A stretch of DNA of 64,000 bases, from NCBI GenBank assembly GCA_020891255.1, contig BQFW01000015.1, positions 1,674,001 to 1,738,000 on the forward strand, read 5' to 3'. The translations under genes and the position numbers were made by a program. The notes beneath the pieces were generated by a model. The model was not told the origin of the DNA. It worked only from the letters and a program-made list of their open reading frames with translations, and did not search any database. This stretch comes from Entomortierella parvispora E1425 (taxonomy: Eukaryota; Fungi; Mortierellomycota). Position 1 is the stretch's first letter. The number at the start of each line of letters is the position of its first letter. Of this stretch, positions 12,051 through 25,405 are shown piece after piece.

Positions 12051-14886
12051 CTATCCGCCACGCATCTCCTTGATTAAATCTCTTTGCCGGTCATAGTCCA
12101 TCTCGCCATATCCTACAACCTCCATTGCGAAGTTGCCCGTTCCTCCTGTCAATGCCCTCAAAGCGGCGTCATAGCCGAGCATCGACGACAATGGAACACG
12201 AGCTCGAATGGACTTGCGGTCCGCCATGGTCGCGACAGATGATGAAGATGATGAAGCGGTATAGGTCGAATCTGGTGGTGCATACACTTGGAATTCAGTC
12301 TCGTCCTCATCGCCCTGCGCGCCATCTTCGCCTTGGCCCTCACCGTCAAGACTCAATACACGACCGCGTCTGGTTCCGCTGATATCACCCATGACGGTAC
12401 CAACATCCTTTTCTGCGACCTCAACTCGTACGTCCATGATGGGCTCCAAAAGAACAGAGCTGCTGTTGTTGCTACCACTGCCGCCGCTGCCGCCTTGGGC
12501 GATAGCCTCTGTCACTGCTGCAGAGACACAAGACGAGATTGCAGCTGGGGTGGATTCACCACCATACAAATGCAGATCCGTCAGGCGAACACGCAAATAG
12601 GTCTGTGCGTAGCCGAGCAAAGGTCCACGCGACAATGCCGAGAGGATTCCATTCTTGATCGAGGTGCGAATAACGGGAATAGGAAGATCCGTTGATCCAG
12701 AAGGGATCACCACGCCTGAGAGAGAAGCTCTTTCGGTCGCTGCTTGGGACCCGGCCTCGTCCGACTTGACAGTCTGCTCCTCCAACGAGATTACAATCTC
12801 ATTTCCATCGTGCTCTTCAAGATGGTCGGCAGAAGAGGTTGTCTCTGCAGCATCTTCAGAAGGATCCAGTCGTTCAACAGTGACGCCTACACGAGCCCGA
12901 CCTCTCTTGCCAAGAATTTCACGGTCGTATTCCCACTGTGGAACTTCAGAGACGGTTCCGGCACCCTTCATGGTCTCCTTGTAAGAGATTCGCATGCGTC
13001 CCATCTCTGCCTTGACCTTGAAGTCGCTCACCAGCCTCTCCTTGGCCACCTCCAAATGCAACTCGCCCATACCTCCGAGCAAGGTCTGGCCGGTCTCTTC
13101 ATCCACACGCATGCCGAGGGAGGGGTCCTCGCGGATTAAGGCCTTAAGTGCCTCCTCAACAGGCTTCTCATCAGAAGTGGACATGGGCTCGACGCTGGCA
13201 AAGAACACTGGAGAAGGAACTTTGATACCACTCAGGGCAAGTCCCTTGCGGGCATCATGAGCATCCAGCAAAGTGTCTCCAGTGCGGGTATCCTTGAGCC
13301 CCAAGACCACACCAATGTTGCCTTTAGTGATATGAGGAATCTCCTCGACATCCATAGCGTACATCTGCAAGAGCTTGTTGGCTCTTTCCTTTGTATGAGT
13401 AGAACTGTTCCAGAGTTGGGCACGCTCGTTCAGTTGACCGGCATAGACTCGGACAAAAACCATGGGACCTCGCCTGGCGTCATGGACCACCTTGAAGGCC
13501 AAGGCACACAGTCTTTCTTTAGCTCCTCCATTTCCAATTTCAACAACCTTTCCGTCCGCCATGCGTCCGATCGCTGCAGGTCGCTCATCAGGGGAAGGCA
13601 GATAATCCACAATCGAGTCCATCAGAGGCTGGACACCAATGTTCCTGAAACTGGCTCCACAGAGCACGGGGACAATGGTTGAAGACAGAGTCAATCGACG
13701 AATAGCCGCCTGCAGGTCCTTGGCCTCGATCGCCAAATGATCCTCCAGTGTCAAAAAGAGCTCAATGATATGCTCATCCAAGGCCGAGAGCTGCTCCACA
13801 AGGGCCACTCTGGCCCGAACAGCCTCCATGTAAAGGTCCTGATCCACATAGGTTTCTGTCAAGGGTGTCCGGGTCATTGTGGCACCCTTGGAGTCGGAAT
13901 CCCATCTCAAGATCTCCATCGTCAAGACATCAACGACACCGTTGAATTCGGCGTCGTTGGAAGATCTGCTGCCGAGGTTCTGCTCCATCAAGGGGATCTG
14001 GACGACCACGGGTCGGCAACCAAGACGAGTTCTCATCTCTCGTACTGTGCGACCGAAACCTGCGCCAGCCCGATCCATTTTGTTGACAAAGGCAATACGG
14101 GGGATTCCCTGCCGGGCAGCCTGCTGCCAAACCGTCTCTGTCTGAGCCTCGACTCCAGCGACGGCGTCCAGGATTGTAACGGCGCCATCAAGGACTCGGA
14201 TCGAGCGCTCGACTTCGATGGTGAAATCCACGTGTCCTGGGGTATCAATTAGGTTGATACGGTGATCATTCCATCCAAATGTAATGGCGGCGGAGGTAAT
14301 TGTAATACCACGTTCCCGCTCTTGCTTCATGTAATCCATAATGGTATCGCCACTGTCCACATCTATGGAAAAAAATTAGGTTAACGAGCTTATTTCTCCA
14401 TGCACCCTCCTGAACAAAAGAGAATAAATATCGCTCATATTTGAACCTCAGGGCCTGAAGTTACCTCCTATCTTGCGTGTGAATCCTGCATAGTGAAGCA
14501 TGCGCTCTGTTGTTGTCGTCTTTCCAGCGTCAATATGAGCAATGATACCAATATTCCTAGAATTCTTGATCGCCACCTCTGTCTTGTGTGCTATAAGATG
14601 CCAACAATGAGTTCAAAAATCCTTTCTTTTTCCAGTAGTAATAATGTCCATTCAAGAGTTGTTCAGGGGAAAATAGTCCCCAGGCACACGGAATCTTACC
14701 ATGTGAACTGTACCACCGATTAGACTGTATCGGCATAAAGCCCTTTTTCAATTCTGGGCTCAAGACTGGTCTTGGCTTCAGGGCCATGGACGAAGCTGAT
14801 GTTGCAACAATGACATGGCAACTGGTCGTTCGCCTAGAGAATGCAGCCAAGGAGCTGAATCCAGCGCGGGAAGAAAACGCATGCAT
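12051..14886 (-). CDS. MEF2: Mitochondrial elongation factor G2 / ribosome-releasing factor 2
   Basis: Presequence-like exon 1 ([10 protein letters not shown]...); [51 protein letters not shown] and LLEPIM EF-G motifs. Confidence 0.92.
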
Positions 14887-15140
14887 CCCCTCTTTTTTTT
14901 TTTCCTTGACTAGCGAATGAGGGTCTAAGTTGTTGGCCGATTGTCCTGAGAGTTGCCACTGGTGTCTTCCTTGTCGTTTATCACTCGCTTTGAATCCCCA
15001 AGTTGTGTCCGGAAGGTGGAAAGAAAAGGCGAAAAAAGAAGTGAAGGGGAGATATTCCCGCGCACGTTCGGGGCGCAAAGGGGACGCCGATGTGGGACTG
15101 CTTGTTTTTTTATTTCTCGAATTCGGGAAATTGGTGGCGT

Positions 15141-16814
15141 TCATGTCGCAGCAAGAGCTTGCATGGCCTGGTCTTTGGCTGCCATCAACCGAGACGCGCG
15201 AAGGTACGAGGGGTCGATCATGTGCAGAGGAAAGGCCGCCCCTAGCTGCTTCACCCACTTGGCAGCCTCTCGACTGTAGGCATGGATCAGATCTGGGGTA
15301 ACGCAGACCAAGGTCATCAAGTACAGAGAATCGATCAACTAGGAACACGACAGATAATCAACGATCTTTCCTAACAGATCCACAGCCAGAGATGATTTTG
15401 CGAGTTTACCTGACAAAAGTGCCTAGGATGCAAACCTCTATTCATTGCCAGACTCAGGGCGCGTCTCGCATAGTGAAGAGCTAAGAGGACCATAAAAACA
15501 CTTAGCTTTCAAAACTAACAGTTAGGCACAAGAAACACCAGCAGGATGCTACTCCAAACATACCAGTGACAGCAGATCGCTGCATGTCCACAAATAAGGA
15601 GGTTCTTTTAGGAACCAGCAATGGCCTGTCTTCCGGATGGTCATAGATCCACTCTGCAAGACTGAGATGGGCCTTGGAAATCCGAGTGATGTAATCCAAT
15701 ATAGGGCCATGGTCTTCCGAAAGGCCTCCTTCAAGGACTTGGATCGTCTGCATTGTAGCAGCTTTGCGGTCCTGTAAATCTCTCAAAATGTTGGTATAAG
15801 ATTCAGTCATAGCCGCGAGATTGCCCCAGTCTTGGGCCTTGCTCAATGCGCTTTCTGTTCCAGGTACAAATGGATAGCACCTCATGCCTCGACGAAATGA
15901 TCTTTTGGCTTGAAACACCATCGATTCTGCGCGCTTGTAGAGCTCTTCCGAGGCGTCGAGCCCTGTCCATTGTTCGTAATCTTTTATCTCTTGTATAATG
16001 GCCATGGCCTAGTGTTTACAGAGAATAAAGAGTGTAAGAGGAGCGAGAGGAACCCATTTCATTATGTGATCAATCAAATACAAACCTGCTTTTGCTCAAT
16101 GTAGGCGATGATCGTGTGATATCGCCAATATCGATCCAGCACCTGATCATTGCCATTGTCCCCGATCACTGTCTGTAGCTCTACAAGCGCTTTCTGGGCA
16201 AGAGTCATGGCCATGCTCAAGTATCTTTTGACGTGTTCTTTGCCAAGAACAGAAACTTGGATGGAGGTTCCGAGTGCGTATAGACACATCGAACGAAGCA
16301 AGTAATAATCAGGCGTTATACATACAGGCTCGTGCCACTGCTGAACCAAAGCGTCAAGGAATTCTCTGTCCCAGTCGGGCGCTGGAGTGTAGTCTCCATC
16401 GCGTTCATCTGGTGGTCGACCAGCCTGTGCTACATTGTATTCAATACAGCCTCAAGTTCAGTTTTGTGCTGCGTTTGGCACGACCAATGCTCGATCGATG
16501 CAAGAATGACGATATTTACCGAGTCCGCTCTGAAGCTTTTGCATGTCTCGACTGACGATTATGGTAACCTCCAGGAGGTCTTTTTGCTCGCGTAAAGTGA
16601 GGGTGTAAGTAGGCACAGGAGCTGAAGTGAAAGCGAGGACCTTGGCGAGGTGCTCCTCTGCCTCCAGTTCGAACTCTTGAAGACAGATTTGCTCAGGACA
16701 ACTGGATGATACCGCCGAGGTGGCCAGATTTGGGTATGCTGATAGCAGTGGTAGTGGTGATGGTAGTGGTAGTGGTAGTGGTGGGGGAGGTGCTGCGGGG
16801 AGTCTTCCTCGCAT
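15141..16814 (-). CDS. Hypothetical alpha-helical (TPR/solenoid-like) protein, about 5 exons; start uncertain
   Basis: Exons join in frame through canonical GT-AG introns (KLQSGL|AQAGRPP; VT|ALHYARRALSLAMNRGLHPRHFCQ|LIDSLYLM...ALAAT*); no family recognised. Confidence 0.55.
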
Positions 16815-17125
16815 TTCCGGAACGAGACGCAACAGCGGAGAGAGAATACGCGAGTGGAGGGAAAACGAGAGAGGGAAAGGGAATGAATGGAACAAGAATC
16901 GCCACCAAATCGGCTCTCCTTGAACACAAAAGGGGTGTTTCTGTCTCTTCATTCCCTTCTCTCTCTGTCCTTTCGACATCAATCCACCTCTCCATTCTTT
17001 CATTCCTGAGCCGCCAACACCATTCCTCTGCTTTCCATTCGCTCGTTGATTCACGCCACGACCAGATCGCTACTTCAGAGCCTTTACTTCCTCATTCCGT
17101 CGTTTTTGAATCAGTTTCGCCTCCC

Positions 17126-19759
17126 ATGGGCGTCAGAGGACTGACAGCGCTCCTGCAACGACTTGCACCGGAGTCTGTGAAAGCGCGACAAATAACCCAC
17201 TACAGTGGTCGAACCCTCGCTGTCGATGTCAGTTGCTTCCTCAACCGCTTCAGTAGGTGCAAAAAAAATAACAGATATCCATCTGCTATCTGTCATCTGC
17301 TCGTCACGTCAACCGTTAGAAAGATCCTAGATCTAATAACTTTGTGTCATTCTCAACAAGTCTATGGGCTAGATCCACATCCTGCACGTGTCCAAAGGGG
17401 CGTTCATCGACTCAGTCTCTACCTTGAGTTGAATGGCATCCGGCCCATTTTTGTTTTTGATATGGACGGCCGTATCACTGAGAAGCAACGCGAGACTGAA
17501 CGTCGAGAGGTTGCCAAGGAGAAGGTGCAAAAATCATTCCGCCTAGAAATGAAGCGTAAGGAACGAGTTGGGAGCCTTAAAGGCCCCGCCAAGGTTTTGA
17601 AATCCTGGACGGATGAACAACTATCTGCATTTTTGGAAAATACACCCGCCAACCTTGCGATAACTGCCCCGACTACAGCTGATCTGGCACCCCCGTCAGT
17701 GCCCTCTCACAGCACTCACGAAAGTGGTCGGTCAGGCTCGAGTGATGGTCCTGTAAAAGATTCCCTCTCAAAGCAGGCAACATTGAGCTCAATTTCGACA
17801 TTAGAACCTTTGGAGGACATGAGCTTTTTGCATGCGGACGAGGACGAGAATTTTGAGGTGGACTGGCTCTTGGAACTGCCAGAGTCCCCGGACGGATATC
17901 TTTCGACATTGGAAGGTATTTCATCAATTCCTCTGGTGGATCGCCACGAAAGTCCATTGGCCCTGGGCTTGATGGACGGCTCGATGGACGACTCAACGGA
18001 GCATGACCTGGCAACACCTGTACCCAAGAGTTTGGACCTTGACCTTGACAGCGTGACCGATCTCGACCTGGTTCCATACCTCTCTTTGACGGAGGATCGG
18101 GATGGCATTAACGAATCGGAATTCTCACTTCTCAAGAATATCAGGACCGGTACCAGTATGCAGCAGCTTATCCCGGCGTCTGAGTTCGCTCTCTTGGATT
18201 TTGGTGATCCTACTAGCCCCGGCTTTGATCGTCGCGTTCAAGTCAAAGTTCATGCAGCGCTTGAGCAATTTGTAAAGTCTATGGAGAGTCCTTCGGGCCA
18301 AACCCTGTTGCAAAATGAGCATTTGAATCAGCGGCAGAAGGCATTGAGCGAGTTGGAACAGAAACTTGTAAAGGATATCAAGGAAGCCTATCGCTCCAAG
18401 TCAAAGGAACGACTTCAGGAGCCGGCAACTTCAGAGACAACTTTGAAAGGCGACACAGGCATAGGATCTAGCAAAGACACGGAAGCAAAGATGGATTCCT
18501 GGGAAGAGAAAGCAGCCGTGCTAGAAGAGGATGCGAACACTCAAGAAGTGACCGGACTTACACACGGCGCAACAGCTCAGCAGGATGCATGGGAAGAAAA
18601 GGTAGCCGTGCTCGAAAATGCTGTGAGCAATCAAGCAGAAACTGGAGCTGGCGATGACACGACTGCTCAGGGGAATCCATGGTCGGAGGAAGACGAAAAA
18701 GACGCGAGCAAGGGCCCCGAAGCCACATTCGCAACAGAAGAACTTGAGCTCACAAGCACGGCCAATGAGTCGCTTGAGACAGAAAAAAAGACGACAAAAG
18801 AGGGAGGCGCCATGACCTCGTCAGAGAATGCACAGGTGTTGGAAAACAGTGAGCGGGTTCCAGACGACACCATGCAAGGTAGCGAGCTGGAAGAAAATCG
18901 CAATCTTCGGTCCACGATAAAGGATATCCTGTCGACCCATCAATCCATACTCATGTCTTTGGAACGACGGACGATGCGAGTGACTAAGCCTCTGGTCACT
19001 TCATGCCAAGAACTGTTGCGAGCTATGGGACAACCCGTGATTGTGGCTGCAGATGCAGAGGCCGAATCCGTCTGCGCACGACTGGTAACGCTGGGATTGG
19101 CGGATGGCACGGTTAGTGAGGATACCGATACGGCAGTCTTTGGAAACGGAATTTTGATACGTCAATTGGGGGGCGGAAAAAACAAGGATATTCTGGAGAT
19201 CAATCCACTACTGGCGCATGCAGGCTTGGGTCTGAGTCGTGATGCCTTCAGGGATTTCTGTATTCTCTGCGGCACGGACTTTTCAGGGGTAAACGTTGAG
19301 TTGGCCAATCCTGTTTGACAACCTATTCAGCATTGTAATTGACGCTCCATACTACTCCTACTCGTCTAGAAAATGGAAGGCATTGGGCCCCATAGAGCCG
19401 CAAAACTGATCCGAACCTATGGCAGCATAGAATCTATCATGGCGAATACAGAGTACAAAGCCCAGGACGACTTTTTTTATGATCATGCTCGACGTGTTTT
19501 CGATCGTCCGCCTGCCGTCCCAAGCAATCCGCAAGTTTACCAGCGCAGAAGAGAGAAACAACCGCAATTGACTGAACTCTTTCTCAAATATGATATTGAC
19601 CCGCTTCGGGTCCGGATGGAGCTCGTCAAGGAGATGGAGACGTATGGCGCCACTGGATTGGAACCTACAGACCTTGGGGAGGACCCCTTTGCCCTAAACT
19701 CATTTGGCTCGGATCCGTTTAGTAGTATTCAAGACTTTCAGAGCGAACTGAAGTTGTGA
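17126..19759 (+). CDS. XPG/Rad2/FEN1-family 5'-flap nuclease with a long acidic spacer
   Basis: MGVRGLTALL...LAVDVSCFLNRF|IYG...PIFVFD (XPG-N); DAEAESVCARL...SEDTDTAVFG, LCGTDF and GIGPHRAAKLI (XPG-I/H3TH). The true start is 17126, not the ORF-track start 16706. Confidence 0.85.
18494..18691 (+). repeat. 90-bp (30-aa) degenerate tandem repeat in the nuclease spacer, about 2.2 copies
   Basis: DSWEEKAAVLEEDANTQEVTGLTHGATAQQ / DAWEEKVAVLENAVSNQAETGAGDDTTAQG / NPWSEE start at 18494, 18584 and 18674. Confidence 0.8.
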
Positions 19760-19784
19760 TGGAGAGAAATGAGCGTGCATCGCT

Positions 19785-22760
19785 TTATTCGTTGTAAATA
19801 TCGTACAAGTCCAGAAGTTTCTCTTTGACTTCGTCAAATTCCTCCTGGTTCACCCCTCCACTTCCGTCGCCCTCAAACTGTGGCAGCTGTCTGAGATCAA
19901 TGCGCTTGATTGATTCTGAGAGAGACTGCAAGTGCCAACGCGTCGATGTCGATACGGCCAGTCTTGAGATCGTTGGGACGGAGTCAACTGTTTCAATAAA
20001 GAGAGATGTAAATTAGACACTGTTTCTATCACAAAAAGAAAAAAAAAAGGGGGGGGGGAAGACATTGAAATTCTGAGTGACATATCTATTTTACCTTTGC
20101 TGGTTCCATCCTTGCGAAGATTAGGTGGAGCATTGCTACAAGATGAAGAAAAAGAGCGGTCGGAAATGATTAGTTTTGTTCACGCAACTCATGGGATCTG
20201 CAAAGGAAAACATCGATTTCATACTCTTGGTTTTGATATCCATTTTGAGTCAGTCCTTGGAAGAATCGTGGGAAGGACGTTGGGATCGGGTATTTGAATG
20301 CTGTCTTGATCCTAGTAAAGTAGCCGTAAGGTAAATATAAAGATGACAGCAACATGTAAAGATACATATTTCCAGGTTTCAGGATAGTGAGCAGACCAAC
20401 TTACTTTGAATCACCAAGCGATTTTCCGATGGGCAACGAGTCCAACATTTCGTCCACTACCTCCAGGGCTGTATACTGGGTTCTATGTTCGACAGACACC
20501 CAAAGATATATGTTAGGGTGACAAGGCCACTATGACAAGGACACTATGACAAGGCTGGAAGATGCATTTTCTTACCCTTTGGCATAGCGATCGAATTGGT
20601 TAGTTTCAAGCCCACGCAGAACCACAGACTGCGAAAAAACTTGGTCATCCTATGATATAATGAAAAGAAGAAATGAGACGGAGAACTAGCAACGACCAAG
20701 CTCATCCTGTGTGTAACTAAAACCAACCTCATCCAGTTTTCTCGACGACAAGTCCAATAGAGGGGATTGTTTTCCAGTGAGTTTAGGCAACGTGTTGGCG
20801 CCGTAAGGGAAAGGTAACCCGACCGAGAGTGTTCCAACGGTAGTAATATTCCTCCAGTTAAGAGATCCGATCATGTCGGACATGAAAACGGGATCTCGCT
20901 TCAGCCTAAAAGAAAAGAGCTCACGGTGAGATAATCTTTTCGCTCAGACACTTCTACCATACCAGAACATGGCCCTTACCTGCATGGTAATAACGCTGAA
21001 TCGATGCCGGCGGAGATAAATGCACTGGTGTGGTACCTGTTAGAGGGCTATCATGGATAAAATAAAGAATGGCATTCAATATGAATTTTTGGTGACTTTC
21101 GACCCAAGTTCACTTTTACCGAGCACAATCGTTACGTCTATCCTCATATTCTTGGACCAGCCCTGAGGCGCTAGGCTGGACTTTGTTGGCGCCCGGACGG
21201 GGACGTAGAGCGAAGACAAACTGGAAAGGTTTGCAAATGCAAGTGCCTCATTGGCAGCTGTAGTCTGTTTTTCTCTCTATGAGGATGTAACTCTTGAGTT
21301 AAAAAAAATGGCTGTTATATCTTCTCCACCGACAACATCGAAATAGAGATCGTGTTACCATCGTTGCATATCGTCCCATATGGTCGTCACTCAATCCGTA
21401 TGTAACGACGCATGCCTTCGGAAAGTCTTCGCGGATCATCTCCAGGTAGCTTGACGCGTACCCGCCCCATCCATCCAGAACATCCGCCATGATTTGAAAG
21501 CCCTATTTTGTAAATGTCAATTAATTTAATTGCGGATCTGGACATGATTCCATCGTCGGGTCAAGGGTTAGGCGCTAGCTTACCTGAAGTTGATCACACT
21601 CTTCTGTAAACAACCGAAAATTTTCATCATAGGTTTCCTTTTCCTACATGCAAAGATAGAACAGTTAGAACCGGTTCCCTCGATGTGAAAAATGTGGTGT
21701 CATGGTCCCTGTTGGATAAATACCTTCTCTGTATCCAAGAACGCGCCCCGTCCATAAGAAAACACATCAAATGGCATGAAATCGCTCTCGATCTGGTATC
21801 CAGAGAGGGTAACCATAGACTTTGGATGAAAATAAACGCGATTGTAGTCCGACCATGTCCTAATCTCATTCAACTCGACATCGTCTTCGCCGTCTTCCGT
21901 TGCAAGCTGTGGGGATGAAACGCCATTAGAAGGATGTTGAGGTTGTGCATAGGATAAACAGTCTGCGCTATAATGTACATACTCCAAGTTCCTCGTTTTC
22001 CAGATGCTGCTGGTAGGCGGACCGTGAGTATTCCTGTTCTTTGAACGTCTCCATCTTAGAAGGATCCCTGTGTATGGTGACCGTAGTTAGTACGCAGATC
22101 AACTGAGGGGATACCTAACACTCACTGAATTGTCAAGCCTGTTAAGGGGGTAGAGTTCTTATATCCGATCAAGACTCACCATGATAGATCGTAGTTTTGT
22201 TGATAGTCCTGCTGTGCTTGCTGAGCCTCGTACAGCTTGTATTTTTTTATCGATCCAAATCCACCTACAACCAAACCAATATGTTAGATGTTAAAACATA
22301 TTTTGAAGAGGTATACATGGGCGGGACTTTCTAGTAGCATTTACCTTTCAGATCATAGATCAGCGCTCGTGGCGTGTAAGTATCGACACCCTAATTGTTT
22401 TTTTTTTATGAAAAAAAACATCAGAACTAGATATCGCCATATGGTCGACTTCCGCTAAAGTGCAATTGACGACTAACCTTAGGTGTAATTCCGACACGGT
22501 AAAGGCAGTCATGGTTGACGAGTTCCTGGGTTGGCTCCTCTTCATCGCCTACTTGCTGATAGTTAAAGTGTGCCTCCTACAAGGATAAAAAAAATAGAAA
22601 AAAAATAAAAATGAGTGAACGCCACCAAAATAACTCGTCTTTTTCTAGGAATGAGAGGCAAGAATGCAACAGCGGTCATCCCATTTACCTGGGTGTTCCA
22701 GAAATGAGTGCCGACAAAGTTGGAATAGTGGCCGAACTGGAGAGTGATGATCTCATGCAT
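19785..22760 (-). CDS. DML1: Misato/DML1 tubulin-FtsZ-like mitochondrial distribution protein (many exons)
   Basis: MHEIITLQFGHYSNFVGTHFWNTQ; IRTWSDYNRVYFHPKS; ADVLDGWGGYASSYLEMIREDFPK; ends LLDLYDIYNE*. Confidence 0.9.
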
Positions 22761-22956
22761 GGCTGGTCGTTTGGCAGTGATCGTGTTTGGGGTGGAAGCG
22801 CAAAGAACAAAACGCAAAGCAGCAAAGACAAAAAAAAATCCAGTGCCCAAAGTCACGCTTTTTTGCCTCGCCAAACCGCTCATTCCCCTTGCCTGTTTAC
22901 TCCAACACCCCACCTTCAAAGGAACAGACGATGCAACCTTGCTCCTGCTCTTGCTC

Positions 22957-23795
22957 ATGACAGCCCAGGACATGGAACCAAACACTCTCATCGCTCACGG
23001 ACTGACTGGAGACAATGACAACACCACCATCGCAACAAGCCAAGAGTCAGCTCGCGCCGTTGCAACAGAACTGGCACGAGAGTTCAGCATAGAATCGCTC
23101 TCTGCTCCCGCTGTAAGGAACTTGTACCGTCTCACCGGGGCTGGATGATGATGTTCGTCTGCAGAGGCTACGCGAGATAGCAGAATTACGTAGCTGACTA
23201 AAGTCGACTGCCTGTCATATAGATCAAAGACGCGCAAGGTCAAATACAGACTGTAGCACTTCAAATGGACGGGATCAGGACTCAACTTGGGCAGGTAGGA
23301 TTTCTGTGCAGTGAATAACTCCTCGCCATATTTCGAGCTTCGGAACACGCTTTGGCTAATGTATGGAATGCAAAGTAGATCCAGTCAGAGATCCCGAGCT
23401 TGAGCGAACAAACGGCTGCTCTTATAGCCGGAGCCAAGGCATTGGAGCAAATGTATCAGCAGATTGATGACCTTGCGGTAAAAGAATGGAACAATGAACC
23501 CTCAGTTAGGGGCATATACGATGCTTCGTTTCACTGTGGATAATCATTTACTCACCCATGGAATACCAACAACCAACTAGATCCTGGTAGACAGTGTAGC
23601 AGGGACTGTTGATCGGATGAACAGCAGAGTGACCGAAGCCGAGCGGGAGCTTGCATCAACTGCCCTCAAACCCCTCCAGGCTGTGCTTGAATCACTGAAG
23701 ATGGTATGTATCCTAAACTTTTCGGGAATAACACTGGATTGGTATCTGACAAGCTCTCCGTTGCATTGCAGGGACCGAAAGGATTCCTCTCATAG
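22957..23795 (+). CDS. BLOC-1 subunit 4 (cappuccino/Cnl1)-like coiled-coil protein, 5 exons, about 148 aa
   Basis: Phase-0 exons give ...AGAKALEQMYQQIDDLA|ILVDSVAGTVDRMNSRVTEAEREL..., resembling the BLOC1S4 pattern (IYSRIDRLEAFV...RMEEQVTKAEAEL) as recalled. Confidence 0.65.
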
Positions 23796-24121
23796 CACTG
23801 TCTGCAGTGGGAGCATCGCAACACGAGGGACGCAACATTTCCAAGGTGTGAACAAGAAGAAGAGCACGGCCGCGGAGCGTCGTTCAAATAAATCCGTCGG
23901 AAACAGCCAAAAATTTGTCATTTCATGCGACCCTGGCGTGCCCAGCGGAATCTCCGTCCGACGCTGTCTGTCCATTTGCCCAGAAAACACCTGCAAAGGG
24001 ATTCATTTCCTCTTCTTTCTTCCACTTACTCCTCTCCACATTTCATTTCATTCTTGACCCATTCATTCTCGCCCTTTCCACTCTCCGTCTTCTTTCTTTT
24101 ACATCCACACAACACAACACG

Positions 24122-25405
24122 ATGCGCGCCTACCTTTACGACAACCTCGATACCGATTGCAGAGAGCCTCATGAGCTTTCACCCTCGGTCCCTGTTTCCG
24201 TCGAGGAACTTGCCGCCTCGGGAGTCCTCTACTGGAAGCTCAAGGGCGAGAACTTTGAGGAGCAGATTGACAGAATCTGCGAAGAGCGCAACTACAAGAA
24301 CCGCGACCAGGTGCGTAGAATTGCTACTGCAGCCTTTCCCCGGTCGTTTTGTCAAGTTCTACACAGTTCGCTAAAATCGTCAGTTGTTTTAGATCACCGT
24401 TTCGAAGGAGGGTCTCGGCGCAGTCTTTGAGGACAAGATCAAGACTTTCTTCGCAGAGTATGTTGGATAGCATTGACAAACAAGTGTTAAGCGACCACCA
24501 CAGGATCATCAAAGGAGCTCTGCATATTGTATCGAATGTGAAATATTGCCACAAGGATGTCTTTATGGCACCTGCATGGGATTTGCAGGAGGGACAGCTC
24601 TGCCTGGGCCGTATCATGGACCTTACGACAGAGGAGGAGCAATGAGCGGAACGGGCAATCAAGTCACTGACAAATGGACGGACAATCATCTTGTCCCACG
24701 CCCAATTCGACTAAGCCCGCTCTCTCCCAGGCAGGATCGATTTCCATGTGGCTAACTCTTTCTTTGTCCTTTTTTTTCTTTCTTATTCATTCTTTTGAAG
24801 GCATCTGCACGAGGATGAGGAAATTCGTGCAATCCTCGAGGGAACTGGCTACTTTGACATTAGAGGTATGTATCGATGCGTGTTCCGAGGCTGCTTTGCC
24901 CAAGATTTTCTGGACCTTGTTGCTAACATATATTACATTTGAATATGAACGAAAATAGACAAGCAGGATCGCTGGGTGCGCATCAAGGTCGAATCTGGCG
25001 ACTTGATCGTCCTGGTATGTAACACTCTCCCACAGAATATAGAAGGAATTAATGCTGTTGAGAAGGACTATGGGGACTTGAGGTATGTATCATCTAACAC
25101 GCTCTGCCCATTCCTCTAGCCCGCCGGAATCTACCACCGTTTCACTCTTGACACCAACAACTACCTTAAGGCCATGCGTTTGTTCAAGGAGGACCCCGTC
25201 TGGACTCCTCTGAACCGTAAGACTTTAAATGAAAAGAAGACAGAGCCATGTTTTATCTCATTTAGAAAGGTCTACTCATCAAGGTCATGTTGTGCTTCCC
25301 TGACAACTCTTCTTCTCTTTCCGTCTCTTTCCAAATAACTCATTAGGTCCTTGCGACGAGAATGCTTACCGCAAAGCCTACCTTCAGGCCATCTCTGCCA
25401 ACTAA
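24122..25405 (+). CDS. ADI1: Acireductone dioxygenase (methionine salvage cupin)
   Basis: F..E|[35 protein letters not shown]|[11 protein letters not shown] and [11 protein letters not shown]. Confidence 0.95.

Noticed and set aside
12125-14252. Many antisense/shadow ORFs over MEF2, She4, BTA1, AP-1 gamma and the elements
   Set aside because: Frame shadows of real coding sequence with no independent motifs or splice logic.
16706-17125. ORF-track N-terminal extension of the XPG-like ORF; similar extensions at 25590, 31013, 56072 and 59322
   Set aside because: Low-complexity UTR/promoter sequence; family-typical starts lie downstream.
11298-17360. Stop-free in-frame introns (11298-11450 and 17253-17360) as coding insertions
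   Set aside because: Canonical splice sites and paralog/family alignment indicate true introns; retention is possible but unsupported.
17126-19759. Host XPG-like gene as the donor of the element's PIN domain
   Set aside because: Only generic family motifs are shared (MGV start, acidic residues); no visible close similarity.
24700-24715. CCCAATTCGACTA resembling the eukaryotic RNase P CR-V motif
   Set aside because: No matching GGAA-containing CR-I/P4 partner was found upstream in the intron; kept only as a generic structured-RNA candidate.
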